Source: an uncultured Anaerolineales bacterium
GTDB lineage: Bacteria; Chloroflexota; Anaerolineae; Anaerolineales; UBA6663
Direction of reading: 5' to 3'
NCBI GenBank assembly: GCA_964608265.1
Contig: CAZSNP010000010.1
Coordinates: 13,959-77,958, forward strand
DNA length: 64,000 nucleotides
Part shown: positions 51,544 through 60,100 of the stretch, one piece after another
Layout: every line of letters starts with the position of its first letter
How positions within the stretch are numbered: the first letter of the stretch is position 1
Program-made: the position numbers and the translations under genes
The notes under the pieces: generated by a model
What the model was told of the DNA's origin: nothing
The model's database searches: none
What the model saw: only the letters and a program-made list of their open reading frames with translations

Positions 51544-54500
51544 ATGGCCGAATCCGCCCATCCGCACCGCATCCATCTGCTCGGCGGCCTGCGGGCCGAG
51601 GCGCCGGGCGGGGCGGTCGCGGTTCCCGGCGGCAAGCCGCAGGCGCTGCTGGCCTACCTCGCCCTCCATCCCCACACACCCCACACGCGCGAACAGTTGA
51701 TGGAGATTTTCTGGCCCGACGTGCCCGCCGAGCAGGCGGGGCGCTACCTCTCGAACGCCCTCTATCGGTTGCGCGCGTCGCTGGGCGGTGAGTGGCTTCA
51801 GGTTGAGGAGGGGCGCCTCGGCGTGCAACGCGACTCGGTGTGGGTGGATGTGTGGGAGTTCGAGCGGCTCGCCAAAAGCGCGCGGGCCGCGGATTGGGAG
51901 CAGGCGCTGGCGCTGTACGCCGGTGACCTGCTGCCCGAAATCTACGCCGATTGGATTCTGCTGCCGCGCCTGTCGTTGCGCGAGCGTTTCCTGGCCGTGC
52001 TCGGGCAGGCCGCGGATCAATGCGCGACCGATGGCCGCTGGCCCGAGGCCGCCAGCCACCTCCGCCGCCTCGTGGCCGCAGACCCGCTCAACGAAGACGC
52101 CCAACGCCACCTCATGCGCGCGCTGGCCCGTCTGGGGCGGCTGGCCGAGGCCTTGAGAACGTTCGACGAGCTGCAGGCGATGCTGCACAGCGAACTGGAA
52201 GTTGCGCCCGCGGAGGAGACCCGCGCGCTGGCCGAACAACTCCGCAGCGAGATGGTTGCGGCGCGCGCGGCCCCACGCCCGGCGCGGCCTGCCTTCGTCG
52301 GGCGGGCGGATGAACGGGCGCGTCTCATCGCGCGACTGGAGCAGGCGCAGGCCGGCCACGGCGGCTTCGCCGTGTTGCTCGGCGAGGCCGGCATGGGCAA
52401 GACGCGGCTGCTCGAAGAGTTGCAGCACGCCGCCGGCTGGCGCGGCTGGCAGGTGTGCTGGGGGCGCGGCGAGGAGTTTGGCGTGCCCGCGCCCTTCGCC
52501 CCGCTCTCCGCCGCGCTGCAAGCCGCGCTGCCCGCGATCCGCCTGCACCAGGTCGCGCGGATGGTGGAGCCGATGTGGCTGGGGTGGCTTTCGGGCCTCG
52601 TCCCCGACCTCGCCGCGCACTCGCCAGGCCGCGCCGCTTCCCCTCCGCCGGACGCGCAACAGTTGACGCGCGCGCTGGCCCGAGTCCTCGCAGCGCTGAG
52701 TCGCATCCATCCACACTTGTTTCTGCTCGATGACGTTCACTGGGCCGAGGCGGAGATGTGGCCCGTGCTGGCGGGCCTGGGCGATAAGGTGCGGCAGATT
52801 CCGGTGCTCGTGGTGTTGGGTGGCCGCCCCGACGAATGGCAGCGGCAACCCGAGGCCTGGCGGTCGGTGGGCGATTGGGATCGCGCGGGCGAGCCCGTCA
52901 TCACGCTCGGCGGCCTGCCGTCGGACGAATTGAGTCAATTACTGGCGCTCGGCGCGGAGCCCCTCGGCCCCGAACGGTTGCGGCAATTACACACGGCCAC
53001 CGCCGGCAATCCGTTGCTCGCGCTGGAGTTGGCGCAGGCCGGCGACCTCGAAGCGGCACTGCGCCACAAGCCCGGCCTCGCCGACCTGGCGTTGCGGCGT
53101 TTGGACTCGCTCTCGGGCAATGCGCGGCTGGCGTTGCAGGCCGCGAGCCTGCTGGGCTATCGCGTGAGATACCCGCTGTGGGAGTCGCTGCTCGACCGGC
53201 TGGCCGCGCCGGCGAGCGGCCTCCCCGAGTGGGCGGGCGAACTCGAACGAGCGCATCTGCTGCAACTGGCCGGCGGCGAGTACGTCTTCGCCCACGACAC
53301 CCTGCGCGCGGCGGTGTACGGCGCGCTCGCTCCGGCGCAAGTGAAAGCGTGGCACGCGCACGCGCTCGAGCTTCTGGAATCGCAGCCCGGCGGTGATGCC
53401 ACTGACCGGTTGTATCACGCGCGCCGGGCGGAGGATGCGCCAGCCATCGCGCGGCACGCCCGCGCCGCCGGTGAGCGCGCGCTGGCCGGGTTTGCCTACC
53501 GCACCGCGACCGGGTTTTTCGCTGAGGCGCTCGCGGCCACCCCGCTCGGTGCGCCTCGCGAACGATTCGAGTTGTTGCGCGGTCAGGCCGAAGCCCTGCG
53601 CATCCTCGGCGACCGCGAGCATTTGCCCGAAGCCTTGCACACTCTGGCAGCGCTCTCCGCCGAGTTGGGCGAGGCCGCACTGCAGGCCGAGGCCACCTTG
53701 CAGCGCGCGCGCTATGACTGGCAGACCGGCGACTTCGAGCACGCGCAGGCCGCCGCCGAGCGCGGCCTGGCGCTGGCGTCCGGCGACAAGCTGCGCGCCG
53801 ACCTGGGCCTCGAGTTAGGCCGCATCGCCCGCGACCGGGGCGATTACGCCGGCGCGCAGGGCTGGCTCGGCCAGTCGCTCGCCCACTACCAAGCCGCGCG
53901 CGATGAAGCCGGGCAGGCGACGGCGCAGGACTTGCTCGGCATCGTCGCGCAACGGCAAGGCCGCCTGCCCGAGGCCGTCGCCCATCACACCGCCGCGCAA
54001 CAGACTTTTCAACGCCTGGCCGACATCCGCGCCGAGACACACACCCTGGTCAACCTCGGGGTGGCGCTGTGGATGCAGGGGGATTTCGCAGCGGCGCGCG
54101 CGGCCTTCGAGCGCGTGCTGCCCATCAGCCGCGACCTGGGCGATGTGAACAGCGAGACCGCCGCACTGACCAACCTGGCCGCGCTGGCCGGGACCGCCGG
54201 CGACTTCGAGCGCGCGCTCGAATTGCAGAGCGCGGCCCTCTCCCTCGCGCGCGCAGCGGGCAATCGCCCGCGCCTCGCCAACCTGCTCGGCAACCTGGGC
54301 GATACCCTTCACCTTCTTGGCCGAGTCAGCGAAGCACGAGCAGCATTCGAGGAGGCGCTACAACTCGATCGCGAATTGGGCCGGCGGCGCGGCGAGGGCT
54401 ATGTGTTGCACGCGCTGGGCCAATTGCTGCTCGAAGCGAGCGAACCGGTCGAAGCGCAAATCAGTTTCGAAGCCGCGCTTCACATCCGCGTCGAGTTGGC

Positions 54501-55140
54501 GGAGCGCGTTAACGCCCTCATCACGCGCGCCTCGCTTGCCGCCGCGCACCTCGCGCAGGGCCGCCGGCCTGAGGCCGAAGCCGCATTGCAATCCGCGCTG
54601 GGTGAGCTCGATGACGTTTACGCCGGCCCGGAGATCCTGCGCGACGTACACTTCATCGCGTACCGGGCCTTCGCGGAATGGGGCCGGCGCGAGACCGCGC
54701 TCGAACACCTGCGCGCCGCCGAGGCCGCCATGCAGGCGCTGGCCGAGAAGCTCGCCCCCGAGGACAGCCGGCGATTTTTGGAGCGCGTGCCGGACAACCG
54801 CCGCATAGTCGAGGCTGTCGCACACAACTCCGAATTTGCAACTGTCCGCCTTGCCCGCGCCGCTGCCCCGCTGGGCCGCCCGCTCACCGAGGCGGATTTC
54901 GTCTCCGTGCGCTGGACGCTCTCCACGGTGAGCGACGCCGCCATCCCCGATGCGACCGAACGCCGCCGCCACATCCTCCGCCGGCTGCTGGCCGAGGCCG
55001 GGGCTCAAGGCGCGGCCCCCACCGACGACGACCTCGCCCGCGCGCTCGGCGTGGCGCGCCGCACCATCGAGCGCGACATGGCCGCCCTGCAAGCCGCCGG
55101 TCACCCCCTCCCCACCCGCCGCCGCAAAGCGAGCGCGTAA
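51544..55140 (+). CDS. SARP/AfsR-like regulator: OmpR-type winged helix + BTAD, NB-ARC-like ATPase, TPR repeats, plus an extra C-terminal HTH_11/DeoR-like motif
   Basis: N-terminus IHLLGGLRAEAPGG...KPQALLAYLALHP...REQLMEIFWPD, then BTAD (DPLNEDAQRHLMRALARLGRLAEALRTFDEL). Walker A VLLGEAGMGKTRLLEEL, Walker B LFLLDDVHWAE. Many TPR-like units follow. The last ~60 aa read RRHILRRLLAEA...DDDLARALGVARRTIERDMAALQAAGHPL. Confidence 0.85.
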   Translation: MAESAHPHRIHLLGGLRAEAPGGAVAVPGGKPQALLAYLALHPHTPHTREQLMEIFWPDVPAEQAGRYLSNALYRLRASLGGEWLQVEEGRLGVQRDSVWVDVWEFERLAKSARAADWEQALALYAGDLLPEIYADWILLPRLSLRERFLAVLGQAADQCATDGRWPEAASHLRRLVAADPLNEDAQRHLMRALARLGRLAEALRTFDELQAMLHSELEVAPAEETRALAEQLRSEMVAARAAPRPARPAFVGRADERARLIARLEQAQAGHGGFAVLLGEAGMGKTRLLEELQHAAGWRGWQVCWGRGEEFGVPAPFAPLSAALQAALPAIRLHQVARMVEPMWLGWLSGLVPDLAAHSPGRAASPPPDAQQLTRALARVLAALSRIHPHLFLLDDVHWAEAEMWPVLAGLGDKVRQIPVLVVLGGRPDEWQRQPEAWRSVGDWDRAGEPVITLGGLPSDELSQLLALGAEPLGPERLRQLHTATAGNPLLALELAQAGDLEAALRHKPGLADLALRRLDSLSGNARLALQAASLLGYRVRYPLWESLLDRLAAPASGLPEWAGELERAHLLQLAGGEYVFAHDTLRAAVYGALAPAQVKAWHAHALELLESQPGGDATDRLYHARRAEDAPAIARHARAAGERALAGFAYRTATGFFAEALAATPLGAPRERFELLRGQAEALRILGDREHLPEALHTLAALSAELGEAALQAEATLQRARYDWQTGDFEHAQAAAERGLALASGDKLRADLGLELGRIARDRGDYAGAQGWLGQSLAHYQAARDEAGQATAQDLLGIVAQRQGRLPEAVAHHTAAQQTFQRLADIRAETHTLVNLGVALWMQGDFAAARAAFERVLPISRDLGDVNSETAALTNLAALAGTAGDFERALELQSAALSLARAAGNRPRLANLLGNLGDTLHLLGRVSEARAAFEEALQLDRELGRRRGEGYVLHALGQLLLEASEPVEAQISFEAALHIRVELAERVNALITRASLAAAHLAQGRRPEAEAALQSALGELDDVYAGPEILRDVHFIAYRAFAEWGRRETALEHLRAAEAAMQALAEKLAPEDSRRFLERVPDNRRIVEAVAHNSEFATVRLARAAAPLGRPLTEADFVSVRWTLSTVSDAAIPDATERRRHILRRLLAEAGAQGAAPTDDDLARALGVARRTIERDMAALQAAGHPLPTRRRKASA

Positions 55141-55369
55141 CCAATCCCCAATCACAAATCTATCGTGATGGGTGTCGCGCTGAGCGCCGACGCCAAACCT
55201 ATGGCTTGCGTAAATCGTGTCCCGCGAAGGGCGTCCCCATCGCCGGCGAGACCCTTCGCGCGCCACAGCTCACGCCGGATTGAGGCTCGGCGTGCGCGCT
55301 CAAGGTGACACGGCTCCCGTTCGTGTCGGAATAGTCGGCGCGTTCTGCGCGCCGTGTGACAGCGGTGTG

Positions 55370-55612
55370 ATGGCGGTGCGCTATTACAGGGCTGTGCCCG
55401 ACGAACCGCACCACCCCGCCGCTCAGCGCTGGGCCTTCATCCTTACGCTGTGGGCCGAACGCGCGCCGGCCGGCGAGCCGCAATGGCGCGGGTCCTTGGA
55501 GTCGGTGGACGGGCAGCGCCGGTATTTCCATTCGCTGGCCGAATTGAATTGCTTGCTTCGGTCTGCCAGCGGCTGGGGCGAAACGCAGGGTTCCGTTGAA
55601 ACAGGAGGCTGA
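55370..55612 (+). CDS. Small (80 aa) hypothetical protein with a W.(E)R...WRGSLE...G.RRYF.SLAEL..LL motif
   Basis: ATG at 55370 within track ORF 55217-55612. The stop TGA (55610-55612) lies 2 nt before the GTG of the next gene. The N-terminal part of the track ORF looks like non-coding read-through. Confidence 0.45.
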   Translation: MAVRYYRAVPDEPHHPAAQRWAFILTLWAERAPAGEPQWRGSLESVDGQRRYFHSLAELNCLLRSASGWGETQGSVETGG

Positions 55613-55614
55613 CC

Positions 55615-56832
55615 GTGAAACCGATACGCAGATTGTTGACCCTCTTCACCGTGCTGGCTGTCATCGCCACGACGGGCGGCGCGGCCGCGCAGGAAGAACC
55701 GGCGGCAGGGGTGCAGGCCGCGCTGGGAACCGGCTTCACGTATCAGGGCCGACTCACCGAGAATGGCAACCCGGCCAGCGGCGCGTACGATTTTGAGTTC
55801 CGGCTGTACGACGCAGTGGCGGGGGGCAATCAAGTGGGAAGCACGATGACACACAACGATGTGCCCGTCACAAATGGAACGTTCACCGCACTGCTTGATT
55901 TCGGCGCGAACACCTTCACCGGCGAGGCGCGCTGGCTGGAGGTGGCCGTGCGGCCCGGCGCAAGCACCGGCAGCTACACTACCCTCAGCCCACGCCAGCC
56001 GATCACGCCCGCGCCGTATGCGCTGGCACTTCCGGGGCTGTACACCCAGCTTACGAGTGAAGCGCCCAATGTGATTGGGGGGTTTCAGAATAACAGCGTC
56101 TCCCCCGGAGTGATCGGCGCAACAATCAGCGGTGGCGGCGGGCTACTGGGCACGAACGATTTCTCGAATCGTGTCGTGCTGGACTACGGGACGGTTGGGG
56201 GTGGCTTCGGCAACGTCGTCAGCGGGACTTACGGCACAATCGCGGGCGGCTATTACGGCACGGTCACCTCCCCAATGGCGACCGTCGCGGGTGGAGGGGT
56301 CAACACCGCTGGCGGCTCATTTGCCACTGTCAGCGGCGGGCGGCACAACGTCGCCAGCGGCGACTATGCGACGGTGCCCGGCGGCGACTTCGGCCTCGCG
56401 TCGCACCACGGCGAAATGGCTTACGCCGCCGGCATGTTTTTCAATCGCGGCGATGCGCAGACCTCGCTCTATGTGATGCGCCGGGCGACCACGACTTCGG
56501 GCGTACACGAATTATTCCTCGATGGCGGCTCGGATCGGCTAACCATCGCCGGTGGTCGAACGCTCGTCTTTGACATTCACATCGTAGGTCGCAGCAACAC
56601 GGGGGCTTCTGCCGGCTGGCGAATTCAGGGCATGATCGAGAATGTGAACGGGGAGGTGGAATTTGTTGGCTCGCCGACTGAGACTCTGCTCGGCAGCAAC
56701 ATGAATGCATCTGTGACCGCGTCGGTCAGCGCGGACGGCGTTTTGGATGCGCTCAGGGTCAATGTGGTCGGCATTAACAACACCAGCATCCGCTGGGTGG
56801 CGACGGTGCGCACGGTCGAGGTGTCGTGGTGA
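55615..56832 (+). CDS. Secreted fibre-like protein (tail-fibre/adhesin-like N-terminal module followed by Gly-rich head-type repeats)
   Basis: Signal peptide LLTLFTVLAVIATTGGAAAQE. The FTYQGRLTENGNPASGAYDFEFRLYDAVAGGNQVGS...TNGTFTALLDFG...GEARWLEVAVRP...LSPRQPITPAPYAL module is one I recall from tail-fibre-domain proteins. Repeats follow, such as TISGGGG, TVGGGFGNVVSG, TIAGGYYG, TVAGGGVNTAGG, TVSGGRHNVASG and TVPGG. Confidence 0.65.
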   Translation: MKPIRRLLTLFTVLAVIATTGGAAAQEEPAAGVQAALGTGFTYQGRLTENGNPASGAYDFEFRLYDAVAGGNQVGSTMTHNDVPVTNGTFTALLDFGANTFTGEARWLEVAVRPGASTGSYTTLSPRQPITPAPYALALPGLYTQLTSEAPNVIGGFQNNSVSPGVIGATISGGGGLLGTNDFSNRVVLDYGTVGGGFGNVVSGTYGTIAGGYYGTVTSPMATVAGGGVNTAGGSFATVSGGRHNVASGDYATVPGGDFGLASHHGEMAYAAGMFFNRGDAQTSLYVMRRATTTSGVHELFLDGGSDRLTIAGGRTLVFDIHIVGRSNTGASAGWRIQGMIENVNGEVEFVGSPTETLLGSNMNASVTASVSADGVLDALRVNVVGINNTSIRWVATVRTVEVSW

Positions 56833-57113
56833 TGCACACGCGCTGCCTCACGCTCGTTGCGCTCGCCCTCGTCACGCTGGCCCTCGCGCTGGCGCTGCCC
56901 GCCCTCGCGCAGTCCGGCGACTACGCCATTGACTGGTATAGCGTGGACGGCGGCGGGGGGACGAGCAGCGGCGGGAGCTTCACGCTCAGCGGCGCTATCG
57001 GCCAGCCGGAGGCGGGTGTGATGGCGGGCGGGGCGTTCACCCTCACCGGCGGATTCTGGAGCGACCTTGCCGCTGGCAACGTGAAAGTCTATTTGCCCCT
57101 CATCCAACGGTAG
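56832..57113 (+). CDS. Small secreted protein consisting of a GGFW-type module and ending in VYLPLIQR
   Basis: The ATG at 56832 overlaps the upstream TGA (TGATG). Signal peptide LTLVALALVTLALALALPALAQSG. YAIDWYSVDGGGGTSSGGSFTLSGAIGQPEAGVMAGGAFTLTGGFW resembles a C-terminal module I recall from large surface proteins. Confidence 0.6.
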   Translation: MHTRCLTLVALALVTLALALALPALAQSGDYAIDWYSVDGGGGTSSGGSFTLSGAIGQPEAGVMAGGAFTLTGGFWSDLAAGNVKVYLPLIQR

Positions 57114-57144
57114 AGACACCCCGGTGGGACGTCTCGAACTTCAC

Positions 57145-60100
57145 ATGGAGACTGCGATGGCCCGACGACACGTCACACACGCCGTGCTTGCACTCTGCCT
57201 CATCATCCTCGGCGCGAGCCCCGTGCGCGCGCAGGACGGCCCAGCCCCGGTTGACGCCGCGCCGCCCCTCATCGCCGAGGGCCTGATGGCGATGGCGCAA
57301 TCGGACGGCAGCGTCGCCGTCATCGTTGGCGTGAGCGCGCCTGGCTTCGATGCTGCCTTGGCCGCAGAAGGGACTACGACCCAACAGGCCCTCATCGCGC
57401 AGGCGCAGGCCGGCCTGCTCAATCGCCTCGCCGGTCACGCTCTCGGCAGCGTCATCCAGTACGCACACATCCCCTTCATCGCCATGCGGGTGGATGCGAG
57501 TGCATTGGCCGCGCTGCAATCGGACCCGGCGGTGACGAGCATCGGCGAGGACATGGTCGTTCACCCGGCGCTCGATAAAAGCATCCCGCAGGTGCGCGCC
57601 GACCTGGCGGAGTACCTCGGCAAGCGCGGCGCCGGGCAGACCATCGCCATCCTCGATACGGGCGTGGACGCCAATCACGCCGACCTCGCCGGCAAGGTGG
57701 TCTCGGAAGCCTGTTACTCGACGACCGACCCGGCCGCCAACCGCAGCAGCGTGTGCCCCAACGGCAGCAACAGCCAGACCGGCGCGGGCGCAGCCGCCCC
57801 GCCCAGCCGCTTCATTGACGGCTTCGAACATGGCACACACGTAGCCGGCATCGCCGCGCGGGTCGCACCCGGCGCCAGCCTCATCGCCATTCAGGTGAAC
57901 GCGCGCGTCACCGGCAGCGCCTGCACCGACGCGGGTGATTCCAGCCCATGCCTGACCGCGCGCTACTCCGACATCCTGCTCGGGATGCAGCGGGTGTTCA
58001 ACCTGCGCACCACCTACAACATTGCGGCGGTGAACCTGAGCGCCGGCGCGGGCGGGTACAGCGGCAACTGTGACAACAACGCCTCGCAGGCTTCGATGAA
58101 GGCGCAGATCGAGTCGCTGCGCAGCGCCGGCATCGCCACGGTGATTGCGGCGGGCAACGGCGGCCACCGCAACGCCCTGGCCGCGCCCGCCTGCCTCGCC
58201 GCCGCCATCAGCGTCGGCAGCGTGAACACCTCGGCCGCCGGCGCAGGCCAGGCCGACCGGGTCGCGCCAAGCTCCAACGTCTCGAGCGTCATGACGCTGT
58301 TTGCGCCCGGCACGCCCATCCTCTCCGCCGTGCCCGGCACAACGGTGACGTGCGACCAGGGGCGGACGCCGGATGCGGACGGGCGCTGCTACCTCGGCGG
58401 CACCTCGATGGCCGCGCCGCACGTCGCCGGCGCTGTGGCCGTGATACGCGGCGCCGATCCCACCGCCACCGTGACCGAGATCGTGAGCGCGCTGAGCACC
58501 GGCGGCACGCTGCCGAAGATCACCGACGGGCGCAGCGGCGGCTCCATCACCAAACCTCGGCTGGATGTGTACTACTCGCTGTGCCGTTTCATCACCACTT
58601 GCGACCCGAATGACTTTCGTTTCGTGTTCGGCTCGTTGACCGGCACGCTCACCTCGGTGGATGTGGTTGACACATACTTTCACAACGGCACGGCCGGGCA
58701 GCGCATCACCGCCACGCTCAACCGCACCAGCGGCGACATCAACCCTTACCTCCTCATCTACGACCCGGACAGCAACCTCATCGCCCTCAACGACAACGGC
58801 GGGGGCGGCGTGAACGCGCGCGTCAACAACCTCATCCTGCCGGTGACGGGCCGCTATCGCCTCATCGCGATTGGCGCTATCTCGGTGGGCCATTATGAAA
58901 TCAGCGTGACGCCGGGCAACTACAGCCAGAACCCGGCGCCCTATGCGCGCAGCCTTACGCCCAGCACCGCCACCGTGGGCAGCAGCGAATTCTGGCTCGC
59001 CATTGACGGCGCGAACTTCCTGCCGACTTCCATCACGATGATAAATGGCAACGTGCGCCCCATGTACTTCACCAGCTCTGCTCGGGTGTGGATAAAGATT
59101 TACGCCACCGATATGCTGGCCCAGGGGAATCACCTCATCACGGTCACCAACGTCGCGCCGGGCGGCGGCACTTCGACGGCGCTGCCGTTCAGCGTGACGC
59201 CGGCCTTCAACGGCGAGGCCGCGCTGCTCGCGCCCGCCGTGCCCACCACCACCGTCGGCCTCACGACGACTTTCGCCATCAGTTGGACTCATCCCACCGC
59301 CTCGTGGCGCAACATGGAGAACCTTGATTTCATTCTGACGGGCGACGGCCTCGACTCGCCGTTCTGGCTGCGGATGACGGAGGGCAACCCGACCAGCACG
59401 GTGACGCTGATGAATTCGAGCGGCGAGGCTGTGGTCAGCGGCACGTTGACCAGCGGGCAGTTCGGCCCGAACATGGATCTGGTGGTGACGGATACGGTGA
59501 CGCTCCACCTGGGCCAGACGCGCTTCTTCGGCTCGGGGCAGACGGTGGTGATCACGCCGGTCGTCACCTTCGGCCCGGCGGCGGTCGGCAACTACGATAT
59601 GCGCTTTGCGGTGGACGACGACGCCGAGGTGAGCGAGGTGCAGAACGCCGACGTGTTCGGGCGCTTCACCGTGCTGCCGCCCGGCTGCGATGTCGCCGTC
59701 TCGGATGTCGCCCTCGCGGGGCCGGCCACCGGCGCGGTCAACATCCCGCATACGTTCGCCGCTATCGTTTCACCGCCGAACGCCAGCGCCCCCATCACCT
59801 ACACGTGGGCGCCCGAGCCGGCGAGCGGGCAGGGCACGGCGAACGCGATCTACAACTGGGCCGAGGCCGGGCAGCACGCCGTCAGCGTGCGCGCCGAGAA
59901 CTGCGCGGCCTTCGACTCTGATATCCGCCTCGTGAACGTGTACACGACCGTCGCGCCCGACCTCGCGCTGACGAAGACCGCGCCCGCGACCGCGCTCGCC
60001 GGGCAACCGATCACGTACACGCTCACCGTCGCCAATCGCGGCGCGAACCCGGCCGGCAACCTGCTCATTGTGGATGTGATCCCGCAAGGCGCGACGTACG

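Noticed and set aside
51445-52938. 497-aa minus-strand ORF antisense to the SARP regulator. Similar long shadow ORFs occur at 43082-44470 (+), 52901-54040 (-), 38724-39698 (+), 60665-61732 (-) and 54358-55266 (-).
   Set aside because: All are shadow frames opposite genes with strong family signatures. Their products are dominated by Arg, Ala, Gly and Pro.
43043-55140. Three STAND-type NTPases (two LAL, one SARP) considered as an Avs-like antiphage defence island
   Set aside because: All three have DNA-binding output domains (LuxR HTH, or OmpR-type wHTH plus BTAD) and no nuclease, protease, TIR, SIR2 or pore-forming effector. The architecture matches MalT/AfsR-type transcription factors.
55168-55308. 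46-aa ORF (MGVALSADAKPMACVNRVPRRASPS...) in the 229-nt region upstream of the fibre/protease operon
   Set aside because: It has no RBS and its product is basic, low-complexity sequence. It looks like a chance frame in GC-rich non-coding DNA.
57100-59751. 883-aa ORF on the minus strand, antisense to the large S8 peptidase gene
   Set aside because: The plus-strand frame encodes an unmistakable subtilase with all three catalytic motifs. The antisense product is Arg/Gly/Ala/His-rich low-complexity sequence. This is typical of stop-poor antisense frames in high-GC DNA.
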